A stretch of 64,000 nt of DNA from the human T2T-CHM13v2.0 reference genome, Homo sapiens, in assembly GCF_009914755.1 (NCBI RefSeq), contig NC_060931.1; one strand, given 5' to 3'. Numbering within the stretch: position 1 is the first letter of the stretch; each line of letters starts with the position of its first letter. Below are positions 26,607 through 40,274 of the stretch, piece by piece. Made by a program: the position numbers and the translations under genes. Below the pieces are notes generated by a model. That model was not told the DNA's origin, did no database searches, and worked only from the letters and a program-made list of their open reading frames with translations.

Positions 26607-29323
26607 GCTTCAAAACGCTCCAAATATCCACTTGCAGAGTCTACAAAAAGACTGTTTCAAAACTGCTCTATAAAGGTAAGGTTGTACCTTGTTAGTTGAA
26701 TGCACCCTTCAAAATGAAGTTTCTGAGAACACTTCTGTCTACTTTTCATGTGAAGATATTTCCTTATCCACAATAGTCCCCAAAGCCCTCAAAATGCCCA
26801 CTGGAAGATTCCTCAAAAAGACTGTTTCAAAACTGCAGTATCAGAAGGAAATTTCAACTATGTGAGTAGAATGCACACATCACAAAGTAGTTTCTGAGAA
26901 TGCTTCTGTCTAGTTTTTATATGAAGATATTTCCTTTTCTACCTTAAGCCTCAAAGTGCTGCAATTATGCACTTTCAGATTCTTCAAAAAGAGGGTTTCA
27001 AAACTGCTCTAGCAAAAGGAAGTTTCAACGCTGTGAGTTGAATGCACACATCACAAAGAAGTTTCTGAGAATGCTTCTGTCTAATTTTTATGTGAAGATA
27101 ATCCTGTTTCCCAAGAAGGCTTCAAAGCACCCTAATATTTGCCTCCAGATTCTACAGAAAGAGTGTTTCAAAACTGCTCTATCAAAAGGAAGGTTCAACT
27201 CTGTGAGTTGAATGCAGACATCATAAAGGAGTTTCTGAGAATGCTTCTGTCTTGTTTTAATGTGAAGATACTTCCTTTTCAACCGATAGCCTAAAAGAGC
27301 TCCAAATGTCCAACTGCAGATTTTTTAAAAAGAATGTTTCAAAACTGCACTATCAAAAGAAAGGTTCAGCTCTGTGAGTTGAATGCACACATCTCAAAGG
27401 AGTTTCTGAGAATGGTTCTGTCTAGTTTTTATGTGAAGGTATTCGCGATTCCAATGAAGTCTTCAAAGCGCTCCAAATATCTAAATGCGGATTCTACAAA
27501 AAGAGTGATTCAAAACTGGTCTAAGAAAAGGAAGGTTCAGCTCTGTGAGTTGAACGCACACATCACAAAAAGTTTCGGACAATGCTTCCATTTAGTTTTT
27601 AGGTGAAGATGTTACCTTTTCAACCACAGCCTTCAAAACGCTCCAAATGTCCACTTGCAGATTCTACAAGAAGATTGTTTCCAGGCGGCTCTATCAAAAG
27701 AAATGTTCAACTATGGGAGTAGAATACACACATCACAAAGTCGTTTCTGAGAATGCTTCTGTCTAGTTTTTATGTGAAGATATTTCCTTTTCTACCAGAG
27801 GCCTGAAAGCGCTCCAAATATCCAATTGCAGATTCTACAAAAAGAGTGTTTCAAAACTTCTCTATCAAAAGTAAGGGTCTGCTTTGTGAGTTGAATGTAC
27901 ACATCAAAATGAAGTTTCTGATTATACTTCTGTCTACTTCTTATGGGAAGATATTTCCTTATCCGCAATGGTCCTCAAAGCCCTCGAAATGCCCACTTGA
28001 AGATTCTTCGGAAAGACTGTTTCAAAACTGCTCTATCAAAAGAAAGTTTCCACTTTGTGTGTAGGATGCACACATCACAAAGTCGTTTCTGAGAATGCTT
28101 CTGTCTAGTTTTTATAGGAAGATATTTCCTTTTCTACCATAAGCCTCAAAGCACTGCACATATGAACTGGCAGATTCTTCAAAAAGAGTGTTTCAAAACT
28201 GCTCTATCAAAACTGTTCTATCAACTCTGTGAGTTGAGTGGACACATCACAAAGACGTTTCTGAGAATGCTTCTGTCTAGGTTTTAGGTGAAGATATTCT
28301 CGTTTCCAAAGAATGCTTCAAATAGTACTTAAATATCCGCCTGCAGATTCTACAAAAGGAGTGTTTCAAAACTGCTCTAACAAAAGAAAGGTTCAACCTG
28401 GGAGTTGAATGCACACATCACAAAGAAGTTTCTGAGAATGCTTCTGTCTAGTTTTAAGGCGAATATATTCCCTCTTCCACCATAACCTTCAAAGCGCTCC
28501 AAATGTCCATTTGCAGATTTTACAAACAGAGTGTTTCCAGACTGCTCTACCAAAAGAAATTTTCAACTATGGGAGTAGAATGCACACATCACAAATTCGT
28601 TTCTGAGAATGCTTCTGTCTAGTTTTTATGTGAAGATATTTCCTTTTCTACCATAGGCATAAATGTGCTCCAAATATCCACTGGCAGATTCTAAAGAAAG
28701 AGTGTTTCAAAACTGCTCTATCAAAAGGAAGGTTCAATTCTGTGAGTTGAATGCACACATCACAAAGTAGTTTCTGAGAATGCTTCTGCCTAATTTTTAA
28801 TTTTAAGATATTCCCATTTCCAAAGAAGGCTTCAATTTGCTCCAAATATCCACTTGCAGATTGTACAAAAAGAGGGTTTCAAAACTGCTCTATCAAAAGG
28901 AAGGTTCAACTCTGTGAGATGAATGCACACATCACAAAGTGGTTTCAGAGAATGCTTGTTTCTAGTTTTCAGGTGACGATATTCCCGTTTCCAATGTAGC
29001 ACTCAAAGAGCTCCAAATATCCTCCTGCAGATTGTGCAAAAAGGGTGTTTCAAAACTGCTCTATCAAAAAGAAGCTTCAACTCTGTGAGTTGAATGCACA
29101 AATCACAAAGAAGTTTCTGGGAATACTTCTGTCTATTTTTATGTGACGATACTCCCGTTTCCAAAGAAGGCTTCAAAGCACTCCAAATATCCACCTGCAG
29201 ATTATAAAGGAAGAGTTTTTCAAAACTGCTCAATCCAAAGGAAGGTTCAGCTCCGTGAGTTCAATGCCCACATCACAAAGAAGTTTCTGAGAATGCTTCT
29301 GTCTAGTTTCAAGGGGAAGATAT

Positions 29324-29340
29324 TCCCGTTTCCAACAAAG
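29324..29340 (-). other. CENP-B box, mutated (TTCG core changed to TTTG)
   Basis: TCCCGTTTCCAACAAAG on +; G>A at 29337 relative to the other 21 copies. Confidence 0.9.
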
Positions 29341-32055
29341 GCTTCAAAGCGCTCCAAATATCCACTTGCAGAGTCTACAAAAAGACTGTTTCAAAACTGC
29401 TCTATAAAAGTAAGGTTGTACCTTGTTAGTTGAATGCACCCATCAAAATGAAGTTTCTGAGAACACTTCTGTCTACTTTTCATGTGAAGATATTTCCTCA
29501 TCCACAATAGTCCCCAAAGCCCTCAAAATGCCCACTGGAAGATTCCTCAAAAAGACGGTTTCAAAACTGCAGTATCAGAAGGAAATTTCAACTATGTGAG
29601 TAGAATGCACACATCACAAAGTAGTTTCTGAGAATGCTTCTGTCTAGTTTTTATATGAAGATATTTCCTTTTCTACCTTAAGCCTCAAAGTGCTGCAATT
29701 ATGCACTTTCAGATTCTTCAAAAAGAGGGTTTCAAAACTGCTCTAGCAAAAGGAAGTTTCAACGCTGTGAGTTGAATGCACACATCACAAAGAAGTTTCT
29801 GAGAATGCTTCTGTCTAATTTTTATGTGAAGATAATCCTGTTTCCCAAGAAGGCTTCAAAGCACCCTTATATCCGCCTCCAGATTCTACAGAAAGAGTGT
29901 TTCAAAACTGCTCTATGAAAAGGAAGGTTCAACTCTGTGAGTTGAATGCAGACATCATAAAGGAGTTTCTGAGAATGCTTCTGTCTTGTTTTAATGTGAA
30001 GATACTTCCTTTTCAACCGATAGCCTAAAAGAGCTCCAAATGTCCAACTGCAGATTTTTTAAAAAGAATGTTTCAAAACTGCACTATCAAAAGAAAGGTT
30101 CAGCTCTGTGAGTTGAATGCACACATCTCAAAGGAGTTTCTGAGAATGGTTCTGTCTAGTTTTTATGTGAAGGTATTCGCGATTCCAATGAAGTCTTCAA
30201 AGCGCTCCAAATATCTAAATGCGGATTCTACAAAAAGAGTGATTCAAAACTGGTCTAAGAAAAGGAAGGTTCAGCTCTGTGAGTTGAACGCACACATCAC
30301 AAAAAGTTTCGGACAATGCTTCCATTTAGTTTTTAGGTGAAGATATTACCTTTTCAACCACAGCCTTCAAAACGCTCCAAATGTCCACTTGCAGATTCTA
30401 CAAGAAGATTGTTTCCAGGCGGCTCTATCAAAAGAAATGTTCAACTATGGGAGTAGAATACATACATCACAAAGTCGTTTCTGAAAATGCTTCTGTCTAG
30501 TTTTTATGTGAAGATATTTCCTTTTCTACCAGAGGCCTGAAAGCGCTCCAAATATCCAATTGCAGATTCTACAAAAAGAGTGTTTCAAAACTTCTCTATC
30601 AAAAGTAAGGGTCTGCTTTGTGAGTTGAATGTACACATCAAAATGAAGTTTCTGATTATACTTCTGTCTACTTCTTATGTGAAGATATTTCCTTATCCGC
30701 AATGGTCCTCAAAGCCCTCGAAATGCCCACTTGAAGATTCTTCGGAAAGACTGTTTCAAAACTGCTCTATCAAAAGAAAGTTTCCACTTTGTGTGTAGAA
30801 TGCACACATCACAAAGTCGTTTCTGAGAATGCTTCTGTCTAGTTTTTATAGGAAGATATTTCCTTTTCTACCATAAGCCTCAAAGCACTGCACATAAGAA
30901 CTGGCAGATTCTTCAAAAAGAGTGTTTCAAAACTGCTCTATCAAAACTGTTCTATCAACTCTGTGAGTTGAGTGGACACATCACAAAGACGTTTCTGAGA
31001 ATGCTTCTGTCTAGGTTTTAGGTGAAGATATTCTCGTTTCCAAAGAATGCTTCAAATAGTACTTAAATATCCGCCTGCAGATTCTACAAAAGGAGTGTTT
31101 CAAAACTGCTCTAACAAAAGAAAAGTTCAACCTGGGAGTTGAATGCACACATCACAAAGAAGTTTCTGAGAATGCTTCTGTCTAGTTTTAATGCGAAGAT
31201 ATTCCCTCTTCCAGCACAACCTTCAAAGCGCTCCAAATGTCCATTTGCAGATTTTACAAACAGAGTGTTTCCAGACTGCTCTACCAAAGAAATTTTCAAC
31301 TATAGGAGTAGAATGCACACATCACAAATTCGTTTCTGAGAATGCTTCTGTCTAGTTTTTATGTGAAGATATTTCCTTTTCTACCATAGGCATAAACGTG
31401 CTCCAAATATCCACTGGAAGATTCTAAAAAAAGAGTGTTTCAAAACTGCTCTATCAAAAGGAAGGTTCAATTCTGTGAGTTGAATGCACACATCACAAAG
31501 TAGTTTCTGAGAATGCTTCTGTCTAATTTTTAATTTTAAGATATTCCCATTTCCAAAGAAGGCTTCAATTTGCTCCAAATATCCACTTGCAGATTGTACA
31601 AAAAGAGGGTTTCAAAACTGCTCTATCAAAAGGAAGGTTCAACTCTGTGAGATGAATGCACACATCACAAAGTGGTTTCAGAGAATGCTTGTTTCTAGTT
31701 TTCAGGTGACGATATTCCCGTTTCCAATGTAGCACTCAAAGAGCTCCAAATATCCTCCTGCAGATTGTGCAAAAAGGGTGTTTCAAAACTGCTCTATCAA
31801 AAAGAAGCTTCAACTCTTGAGTTGAATGCACAAATCACAAAGAAGTTTCTGGGAATACTTCTGTCTATTTTTATGTGACGATACTCCCGTTTCCAAAGAA
31901 GGCTTCAAAGCACTCCAAATATCCACCTGCAGATTATGAAGAAAGAGTTTTTCTAAACTGCTCAATCCAAAGGAAGGTTCAGCTCCGTGAGTTCAATGCC
32001 CACATCACAAAGAAGTTTCTGAGAATGCTTCTGTCTAGTTTCAAGGGGAAGATAT

Positions 32056-32072
32056 TCCCGTTTCCAACGAAG
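32056..32072 (-). other. CENP-B box (intact)
   Basis: TCCCGTTTCCAACGAAG on +. Confidence 0.95.
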
Positions 32073-34789
32073 GCTTCAAAGCGCTCCAAATATCCACTTG
32101 CAGAGTCTACAAAAAGACTGTTTCAAAACTGCTCTATAAAAGTAAGGTTGTACCTTGTTAGTTGAATGCACCCATCAAAATGAAGTTTCTGAGAACACTT
32201 CTGTCTACTTTTCATGTGAAGATATTTCCTTATCCACAATAGTCCCCAAAGCCCTCAAAATGCCCACTTGCAGATCCCTCAAAAAGACGGTTTCAAAACT
32301 GCAGTATCAGTAGGAAATTTCAACTATGTGAGTAGAATGCACACATCACAAAGTAGTTTCTGAGAATGCTTCTGTCTAGTTTTTATATGAAGATATTTCC
32401 TTTTCTACCTTAAGCCTCAAAGTGCTGCAATTATGCACTTTCAGATTCTTCAAAAAGAGGGTTTCAAAACTGCTCTAGCAAAAGGAAGTTTCAACGCTAT
32501 GAGTTGAATGCACACATCACAAAGAAGTTTCTGAGAATGCTTCTGTCTAATTTTTATGTGAAGATAATCCTGTTTCCCAAGAAGGCTTCAAAGCACCCTA
32601 ATATCCGCCTCCAGATTCTACAGAAAGAGTGTTTCAAAACTGCTCTATGAAAAGGAAGGTTCAACTCTGTGAGTTGAATGCAGACATCATAAAGGAGTTT
32701 CTGAGAATGCTTCTGTCTTGTTTTAATGTGAAGATACTTCCTTTTCAACCGATAGCCAAAAAGAGCTCCAAATGTCCAACTGCAGATTTTTTAAAAAGAA
32801 TGTTTCAAAACTGCACTATCAAAAGAAAGGTTCAGCTCTGTGAGTTGAATGCACACATCTCAAAGGAGTTTCTGAGAATGGTTCTGTCTAGTTTTTATGT
32901 GAAGATATTCGCGATTCCAATGAAGTCTTCAAAGCGCTCCAAATATCTAAATGCGGATTCTACAAAAAGAGTGATTCAAAACTGGTCTAAGAAAAGGAAG
33001 GTTCAGCTCTGTGAGTTGAACGCACACATCACAAAAAGTTTCGGAGAATGCTTCCATTTAGTTTTTAGGTGAAGATATTACCTTTTCAACCACAGCCTTC
33101 AAAACGCTCCAAATGTCCACTTGCAGATTCTACAAGAAGATTGTTTCCAGGCGGCTCTATCAAAAGAAATGTTCAACTATGGGAGTAGAATACACACATC
33201 ACAAAGTCGTTTCTGAGAATGCTTCTGTCTAGTTTTTATGTGAAGATATTTCCTTTTCTACCAGAGGCCTGAAAGCGCTCCAAATATCCAATTGCAGATT
33301 CTACAAAAAGAGTGTTTCAAAACTTCTCTATCAAAAGTAAGGGTCTGCTTTGTGAGTTGAATGTACACATCAAAATGAAGTTTCTGATTATACTTCTGTC
33401 TACTTCTTATGTGAAGATATTCCCTTATCCGCAGTGGTCCTCAAAGCCCTCGAAATGCCCACTTGAAGATTCTTCGGAAAGACTGTTTCAAAACTGCTCT
33501 ATCAAAAGAAAGTTTCCACTTTGTGTGTAGAATGCACACATCACAAAGTCGTTTCTGAGAATGCTTCTGTCTAGTTTTTATAGGAAGATATTTCCTTTTC
33601 TACCATAAGCCTCAAAGCACTGCACATATGAACTGGCAGATTCTTCAAAAAGAGTGTTTCAAAACTGCTCTATCAAAACTGTTCTATCAACTCTGTGAGT
33701 TGAGTGGACACATCACAAAGACGTTTCTGAGAATGCTTCTGTCTAGGTTTTAGGTGAAGATATTCTCGTTTCCAAAGAATGCTTCAAATAGTACTTAAAT
33801 ATCCGCCTGCAGATTCTACAAAAGGAGTGTTTCAAAACTGCTCTAACAAAAGAAAGGTTCAACCTGGGAGTTGAATGCACACATCACAAAGAAGTTTCTG
33901 AGAATGCTTCTGTCTAGTTTTAATGCGAAGATATTCCCTCTTCCACCATAACCTTCAAAGCGCTCCAAATGTCCATTTGCAGATTTTACAAACAGAGTGT
34001 TTCCAGACTGCTCTACCAAAAGAAATTTTCAACTATGGGAGTAGAATGCACACATCACAAATTCGTTTCTGAGAATGCTTCTGTATAGTTTTTATGTGAA
34101 GATATTTCCTTTTCTACCATAGGCATAAACGTGCTCCAAATATCCACTGGCAGATTCTAAAAAAAGAGTGTTTCAAAACTGCTCTATCAACAGGAAGGTT
34201 CAATTCTGTGAGTTGAATGCACACATCACAAAGTAGTTTCTGAGAATGCTTCTGCCTAATTTTTAATTTTAAGATATTCCCATTTCCAAAGAAGGCTTCA
34301 ATTTTCTCCAAATATCCACTTGCAGATTGTACAAAAAGAGGGTTTCAAAACTGCTCTATCAAAAGGAAGGTTCAACTCTGTGAGATGAATGCACACATCA
34401 CAAAGTGGTTTCAGAGAATGCTTGTTTCTAGTTTTCAGGTGACGATATTCCCGTTTCCAATGTAGCACTCAAAGAGCTCCAAATATCCTCCTGCAGATTG
34501 TGCAAAAAGGGTGTTTCAAAACTGCTCTATCAAAAAGAAGCTTCAACTCTGTGAGTTGAATGCACAAATCACAAAGAAGTTTCTGGGAATACTTCTGTCT
34601 ATTTTTATGTGACGATACTCCCGTTTCCAAAGAAGGCTTCAAAGCACTCCAAATATCCACCTGCAGATTATAAAGGAAGAGTTTTTCAAAACTGCTCAAT
34701 CCAAAGGAAGGTTCAGCTCCGTGAGTTCAATGCCCACATCACAAAGAAGTTTCTGAGAATGCTTCTGTCTAGTTTCAAGGGGAAGATAT

Positions 34790-34806
34790 TCCCGTTTCCA
34801 ACGAAG
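34790..34806 (-). other. CENP-B box (intact)
   Basis: TCCCGTTTCCAACGAAG on +. Confidence 0.95.
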
Positions 34807-37523
34807 GCTTCAAAGCGCTCCAAATATCCACTTGCAGAGTCTACAAAAAGACTGTTTCAAAACTGCTCTATAAAAGTAAGGTTGTACCTTGTTAGTTGAA
34901 TGCACCCATCAAAATGAAGTTTCTGAGAACACTTCTGTCTACTTTTCATGTGAAGATATTTCCTCATCCACAATAGTCCCCAAAGCCCTCAAAATGCCCA
35001 CTGGAAGATTCCTCAAAAAGACGGTTTCAAAACTGCAGTATCAGAAGGAAATTTCAACTATGTGAGTAGAATGCACACATCACAAAGTAGTTTCTGAGAA
35101 TGCTTCTGTCTAGTTTTTATATGAAGATATTTCCTTTTCTACCTTAAGCCTCAAAGTGCTGCAATTATGCACTTTCAGATTCTTCAAAAAGAGGGTTTCA
35201 AAACTGCTCTAGCAAAAGGAAGTTTCAACGCTGTGAGTTGAATGCACACATCACAAAGAAGTTTCTGAGAATGCTTCTGTCTAATTTTTATGTGAAGATA
35301 ATCCTGTTTCCCAAGAAGGCTTCAAAGCACCCTAATATCCGCCTCCAGATTCTACAGAAAGAGTGTTTCAAAACTGCTCTATGAAAAGGAAGCTTCAACT
35401 CTGTGAGTTGAATGCAGACATCATAAAGGAGTTTCTGAGAATGCTTCTGTCTTGTTTTAATGTGAAGATACTTCCTTTTCAACCGATAGCCTAAAAGAGC
35501 TCCAAATGTCCAACTGCAGATTTTTTAAAAAGAATGTTTCAAAACTGCACTATCAAAAGAAAGGTTCAGCTCTGTGAGTTGAATGCACACATCTCAAAGG
35601 AGTTTCTGAGAATGGTTCTGTCTAGTTTTTATGTGAAGGTATTCGCGATTCCAATGAAGTCTTCAAAGCGCTCCAAATATCTAAATGCGGATTCTACAAA
35701 AAGAGTGATTCAAAACTGGTCTAAGAAAAGGAAGGTTCAGCTCTGTGAGTTGAACGCACACATCACAAAAAGTTTCGGACAATGCTTCCATTTAGTTTTT
35801 AGGTGAAGATATTACCTGTTCAACCACAGCCTTCAAAACGCTCCAAATGTCCACTTGCAGATTCTACAAGAAGATTGTTTCCAGGCGGCTCTATCAAAAG
35901 AAATGTTCAACTATGGGAGTAGAATACATACATCACAAAGTCGTTTCTGAGAATGCTTCTGTCTAGTTTTTATGTGAAGATATTTCCTTTTCTACCAGAG
36001 GCCTGAAAGCGCTCCAAATATCCAATTGCAGATTCTACAAAAAGAGTGTTTCAAAACTTCTCTATCAAAAGTAAGGGTCTGCTTTGTGAGTTGAATGTAC
36101 ACATCAAAATGAAGTTTCTGATTATACTTCTGTCTACTTCTTATGGGAAGATATTTCCTTATCCGCAATGGTCCTCAAAGCCCTCGAAATGCCCACTTGA
36201 AGTTTCTTCGGAAAGACTGTTTCAAAACTGCTCTATCAAAAGAAAGTTTCAACTTTGTGTGTAGAATGCACACATCACAAAGTCGTTTCTGAGAATGCTT
36301 CTGTCTAGTTTTTATATGAAGATATTTCCTTTTCTACCATAAGCCTCAAAGCACTGCACATATGAACTGGCACATTCTTCAAAAAGAGTGTTTCAAAACT
36401 CCTCTATCAAAACTGTTCTATCAACTCTGTGAGTTGAGTGGACACATCACAAAGACGTTTCTGAGAATGCTTCCGTCTAGGTTTTAGGTGAAGATATTCT
36501 CATTTCCAAAGAATGCTTCAAATAGTAATTAAATATCCGCCTGCAGATTCTACAAAAGGAGTGTTTCAAAACTGCTCTAACAAAAGAAAGGTTCAACCTG
36601 GGAGTTGAATGCACACATCACAAACAACTTTCTGAGAATGCTTCTGTCTAGTTTTAATGCGAAGATATTCCCTCTTCCACCATAACCTTCAAAGCGCTCC
36701 AAATGTCCATTTGCAGATTTTACAAACAGAGTGTTTCCAGACTGCTCTACCAAAAGAAATTTTCAACTATGGGAGTAGAATGCCCACATCACAAATTCGT
36801 TTCTGAGAATGCTTCTGTCTACTTTTTATGTGAAGATATTTCCTTTTCTACCATAGGCATAAACGTGCTCCAAATATCCACTGGCAGATTCTAAAAAAAG
36901 AGTGTTTCAAAACTGCTCTATCAAAAGGAAGGTTCAATTCTGTGAGATGAATTCACACATCACAAAGTAGTTTCTGAGAATGCTTCTGCCTAATTTTTAA
37001 TTTTAAGATATTCCCATTTCCAAAGAAGGCTTCAATTTGCTCCAAATATCCACTTGCAGATTGTACAAAAAGAGGGTTTCAAAACTGCTCTATCAAAAGG
37101 AAGGTTCAACTCTGTGAGATGAATGCACACATCACAAAGTGGTTTCAGAGAATGCTTCTTTCTAGTTTTCAGGGTACGATATTCCCGTTTCCAATGTAGC
37201 TCTCAAAGAGCTCCAAATATCCTCCTGCAGATTGTGCAAAAAGTGTGTTTCAAAACTGCTCTATCAAAAAGAAGCTTCAACTCTCTGAGTTGACTGCACA
37301 AATCACAAAGAAGTTTCTGGGAATACTTCTGTCTATTTTTATGTGACGATACTCCCGTTTCCAAAGAAGGCTTCAAAGCACTCCAAATATCCACCTGCAG
37401 ATTATGAAGAAAGAGTTTTTCTAAACTGCTCAATCCAAAGGAAGGTTCAGCTCCGTGAGTTCAATGCCCACATCACAAAGAAGTTTCTGAGAATGCTTCT
37501 GTCTAGTTTCAAGGGGAAGATAT

Positions 37524-37540
37524 TCCCGTTTCCAACGAAG
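37524..37540 (-). other. CENP-B box (intact)
   Basis: TCCCGTTTCCAACGAAG on +. Confidence 0.95.
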
Positions 37541-40257
37541 GCTTCAAAGCGCTCCAAATATCCACTTGCAGAGTCTACAAAAAGACTGTTTCAAAACTGC
37601 TCTATAAAAGTAAGGTTGTACCTTGTTAGTTGAATGCACCCATCAAAATGAAGTTTCTGAGAACACTTCTGTCTACTTTTCATGTGAAGATATTTCCTTA
37701 TCCACAATAGTCCCCAAAGCCCTCAAAATGCCCACTTGCAGATCCCTCAAAAAGACGGTTTCAAAACTGCAGTATCAGTAGGAAATTTCAACTATGTGAG
37801 TAGAATGCACACATCACAAAGTAGTTTCTGAGAATGCTTCTGTCTAGTTTTTATATGAAGATATTTCCTTTTCTACCTTAAGCCTCAAAGTGCTGCAATT
37901 ATGCACTTTCAGATTCTTCAAAAAGAGGGTTTCAAAACTGCTCTAGCAAAAGGAAGTTTCAACGCTATGAGTTGAATGCACACATCACAAAGAAGTTTCT
38001 GAGAATGCTTCTGTCTAATTTTTATGTGAAGATAATCCTGTTTCCCAAGAAGGCTTCAAAGCACCCTAATATCCGCCTCCAGATTCTACAGAAAGAGTGT
38101 TTCAAAACTGCTCTATGAAAAGGAAGGTTCAACTCTGTGAGTTGAATGCAGACATCATAAAGGAGTTTCTGAGAATGCTTCTGTCTTGTTTTAATGTGAA
38201 GATACTTCCTTTTCAACCGATAGCCTAAAAGAGCTCCAAATGTCCAACTGCAGATTTTTTAAAAAGAATGTTTCAAAACTGCACTATCAAAAGAAAGGTT
38301 CAGCTCTGTGAGTTGAATGCACACATCTCAAAGAAGTTTCTGAGAATGGTTCTCTCTAGTTTTTATGTGAAGATATTCGCGATTCCAATGAAGTCTTCAA
38401 AGCGCTCCAAATATCTAAATGCGGATTCTACAAAAAGAGTGATTCAAAACTGGTCTAAGAAAAGGAAGGTTCAGCTCTGTGAGTTGAATGCACACATCAC
38501 AAAAAGTTTCGGAGAATGCTTCCATTTAGTTTTTAGGTGAAGATATTACCTTTTCAACCACAGCCTTCAAAACGCTCCAAATGTCCACTTGCAGATTCTA
38601 CAAGAAGATTGTTTCCAGGCGGCTCTATCAAAAGAAATGTTCAACTATGGGAGTAGAATACACACATCACAAAGTCGTTTCTGAGAATGCTTCTGTCTAG
38701 TTTTTATGTGAAGATATTTCCTTTTCTACCAGAGGCCTGAAAGCGCTCCAAATATCCAATTGCAGATTCTACAAAAAGAGTGTTTCAAAACTTCTCTATC
38801 AAAAGTAAGGGTCTGCTTTGTGAGTTGAATGTACACATCAAAATGAAGTTTCTGATTATACTTCTGTCTACTTCTTATGGGAAGATATTTCCTTATCCGC
38901 AATGGTCCTCAAAGCCCTCGAAATGCCCACTTGAAGTTTCTTCGGAAAGACTGTTTCAAAACTGCTCTATCAAAAGAAAGTTTCAACTTTGTGTGTAGAA
39001 TGCACACATCACAAAGTCGTTTCTGAGAATGCTTCTGTCTAGTTTTTATATGAAGATATTTCCTTTTCTACCATAAGCCTCAAAGCACTGCACATATGAA
39101 CTGGCACATTCTTCAAAAAGAGTGTTTCAAAACTCCTCTATCAAAACTGTTCTATCAACTCTGTGAGTTGAGTGGACACATCACAAAGACGTTTCTGAGA
39201 ATGCTTCCGTCTAGGTTTTAGGTGAAGATATTCTCATTTCCAAAGAATGCTTCAAATAGTAATTAAATATCCGCCTGCAGATTCTACAAAAGGAGTGTTT
39301 CAAAACTGCTCTAAAAAAAGAAAGGTTCAACCTGGGAGTTGAATGCACACATCACAAACAACTTTCTGAGAATGCTTCTGTCTAGTTTTAATGCGAAGAT
39401 ATTCCCTCTTCCACCATAACCTTCAAAGCGCTCCAAATGTCCATTTGCAGATTTTACAAACAGAGTGTTTCCAGACTGCTCTACCAAAAGAAATTTTCAA
39501 CTATGGGAGTAGAATGCCCACATCACAAATTCGTTTCTGAGAATGCTTCTGTCTACTTTTTATGTGAAGATATTTCCTTTTCTACCATAGGCATAAACGT
39601 GCTCCAAATATCCACTGGCAGATTCTAAAAAAAGAGTGTTTCAAAACTGCTCTATCAAAAGGAAGGTTCAATTCTGTGAGATGAATGCACACATCACAAA
39701 GTAGTTTCTGAGAATGCTTCTGCCTAATTTTTAATTTTAAGATATTCCCATTTCCAAAGAAGGCTTCAATTTGCTCCAAATATCCACTTGCAGATTGTAC
39801 AAAAAGAGGGTTTCAAAACTGCTCTATCAAAAGGAAGGTTCAACTCTGTGAGATGAATGCACACATCACAAAGTGGTTTCAGAGAATGCTTCTTTCTAGT
39901 TTTCAGGGTACGATATTCCCGTTTCCAATGTAGCTCTCAAAGAGCTCCAAATATCCTCCTGCAGATTGTGCAAAAAGTGTGTTTCAAAACTGCTCTATCA
40001 AAAAGAAGCTTCAACTCTCTGAGTTGACTGCACAAATCACAAAGATGTTTCTGGGAATACTTCTGTCTATTTTTATGTGACGATACTCCCGTTTCCAAAG
40101 AAGGCTTCAAAGCACTCCAAATATCCACCTGCAGATTATGAAGAAAGAGTTTTTCTAAACTGCTCAATCCAAAGGAAGGTTCAGCTCCGTGAGTTCAATG
40201 CCCACATCACAAAGAAGTTTCTGAGAATGCTTCTGTCTAGTTTCAAGGGGAAGATAT

Positions 40258-40274
40258 TCCCGTTTCCAACGAAG
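40258..40274 (-). other. CENP-B box (intact)
   Basis: TCCCGTTTCCAACGAAG on +. Confidence 0.95.

Noticed and set aside
32629-33072. Longest ORF (147 aa)
   Set aside because: Created by one T>A change at ~32758 (gcctaaaa to gccaaaaa) that removes a stop; it is an internal 57-aa (171-bp) repeat, not a gene.
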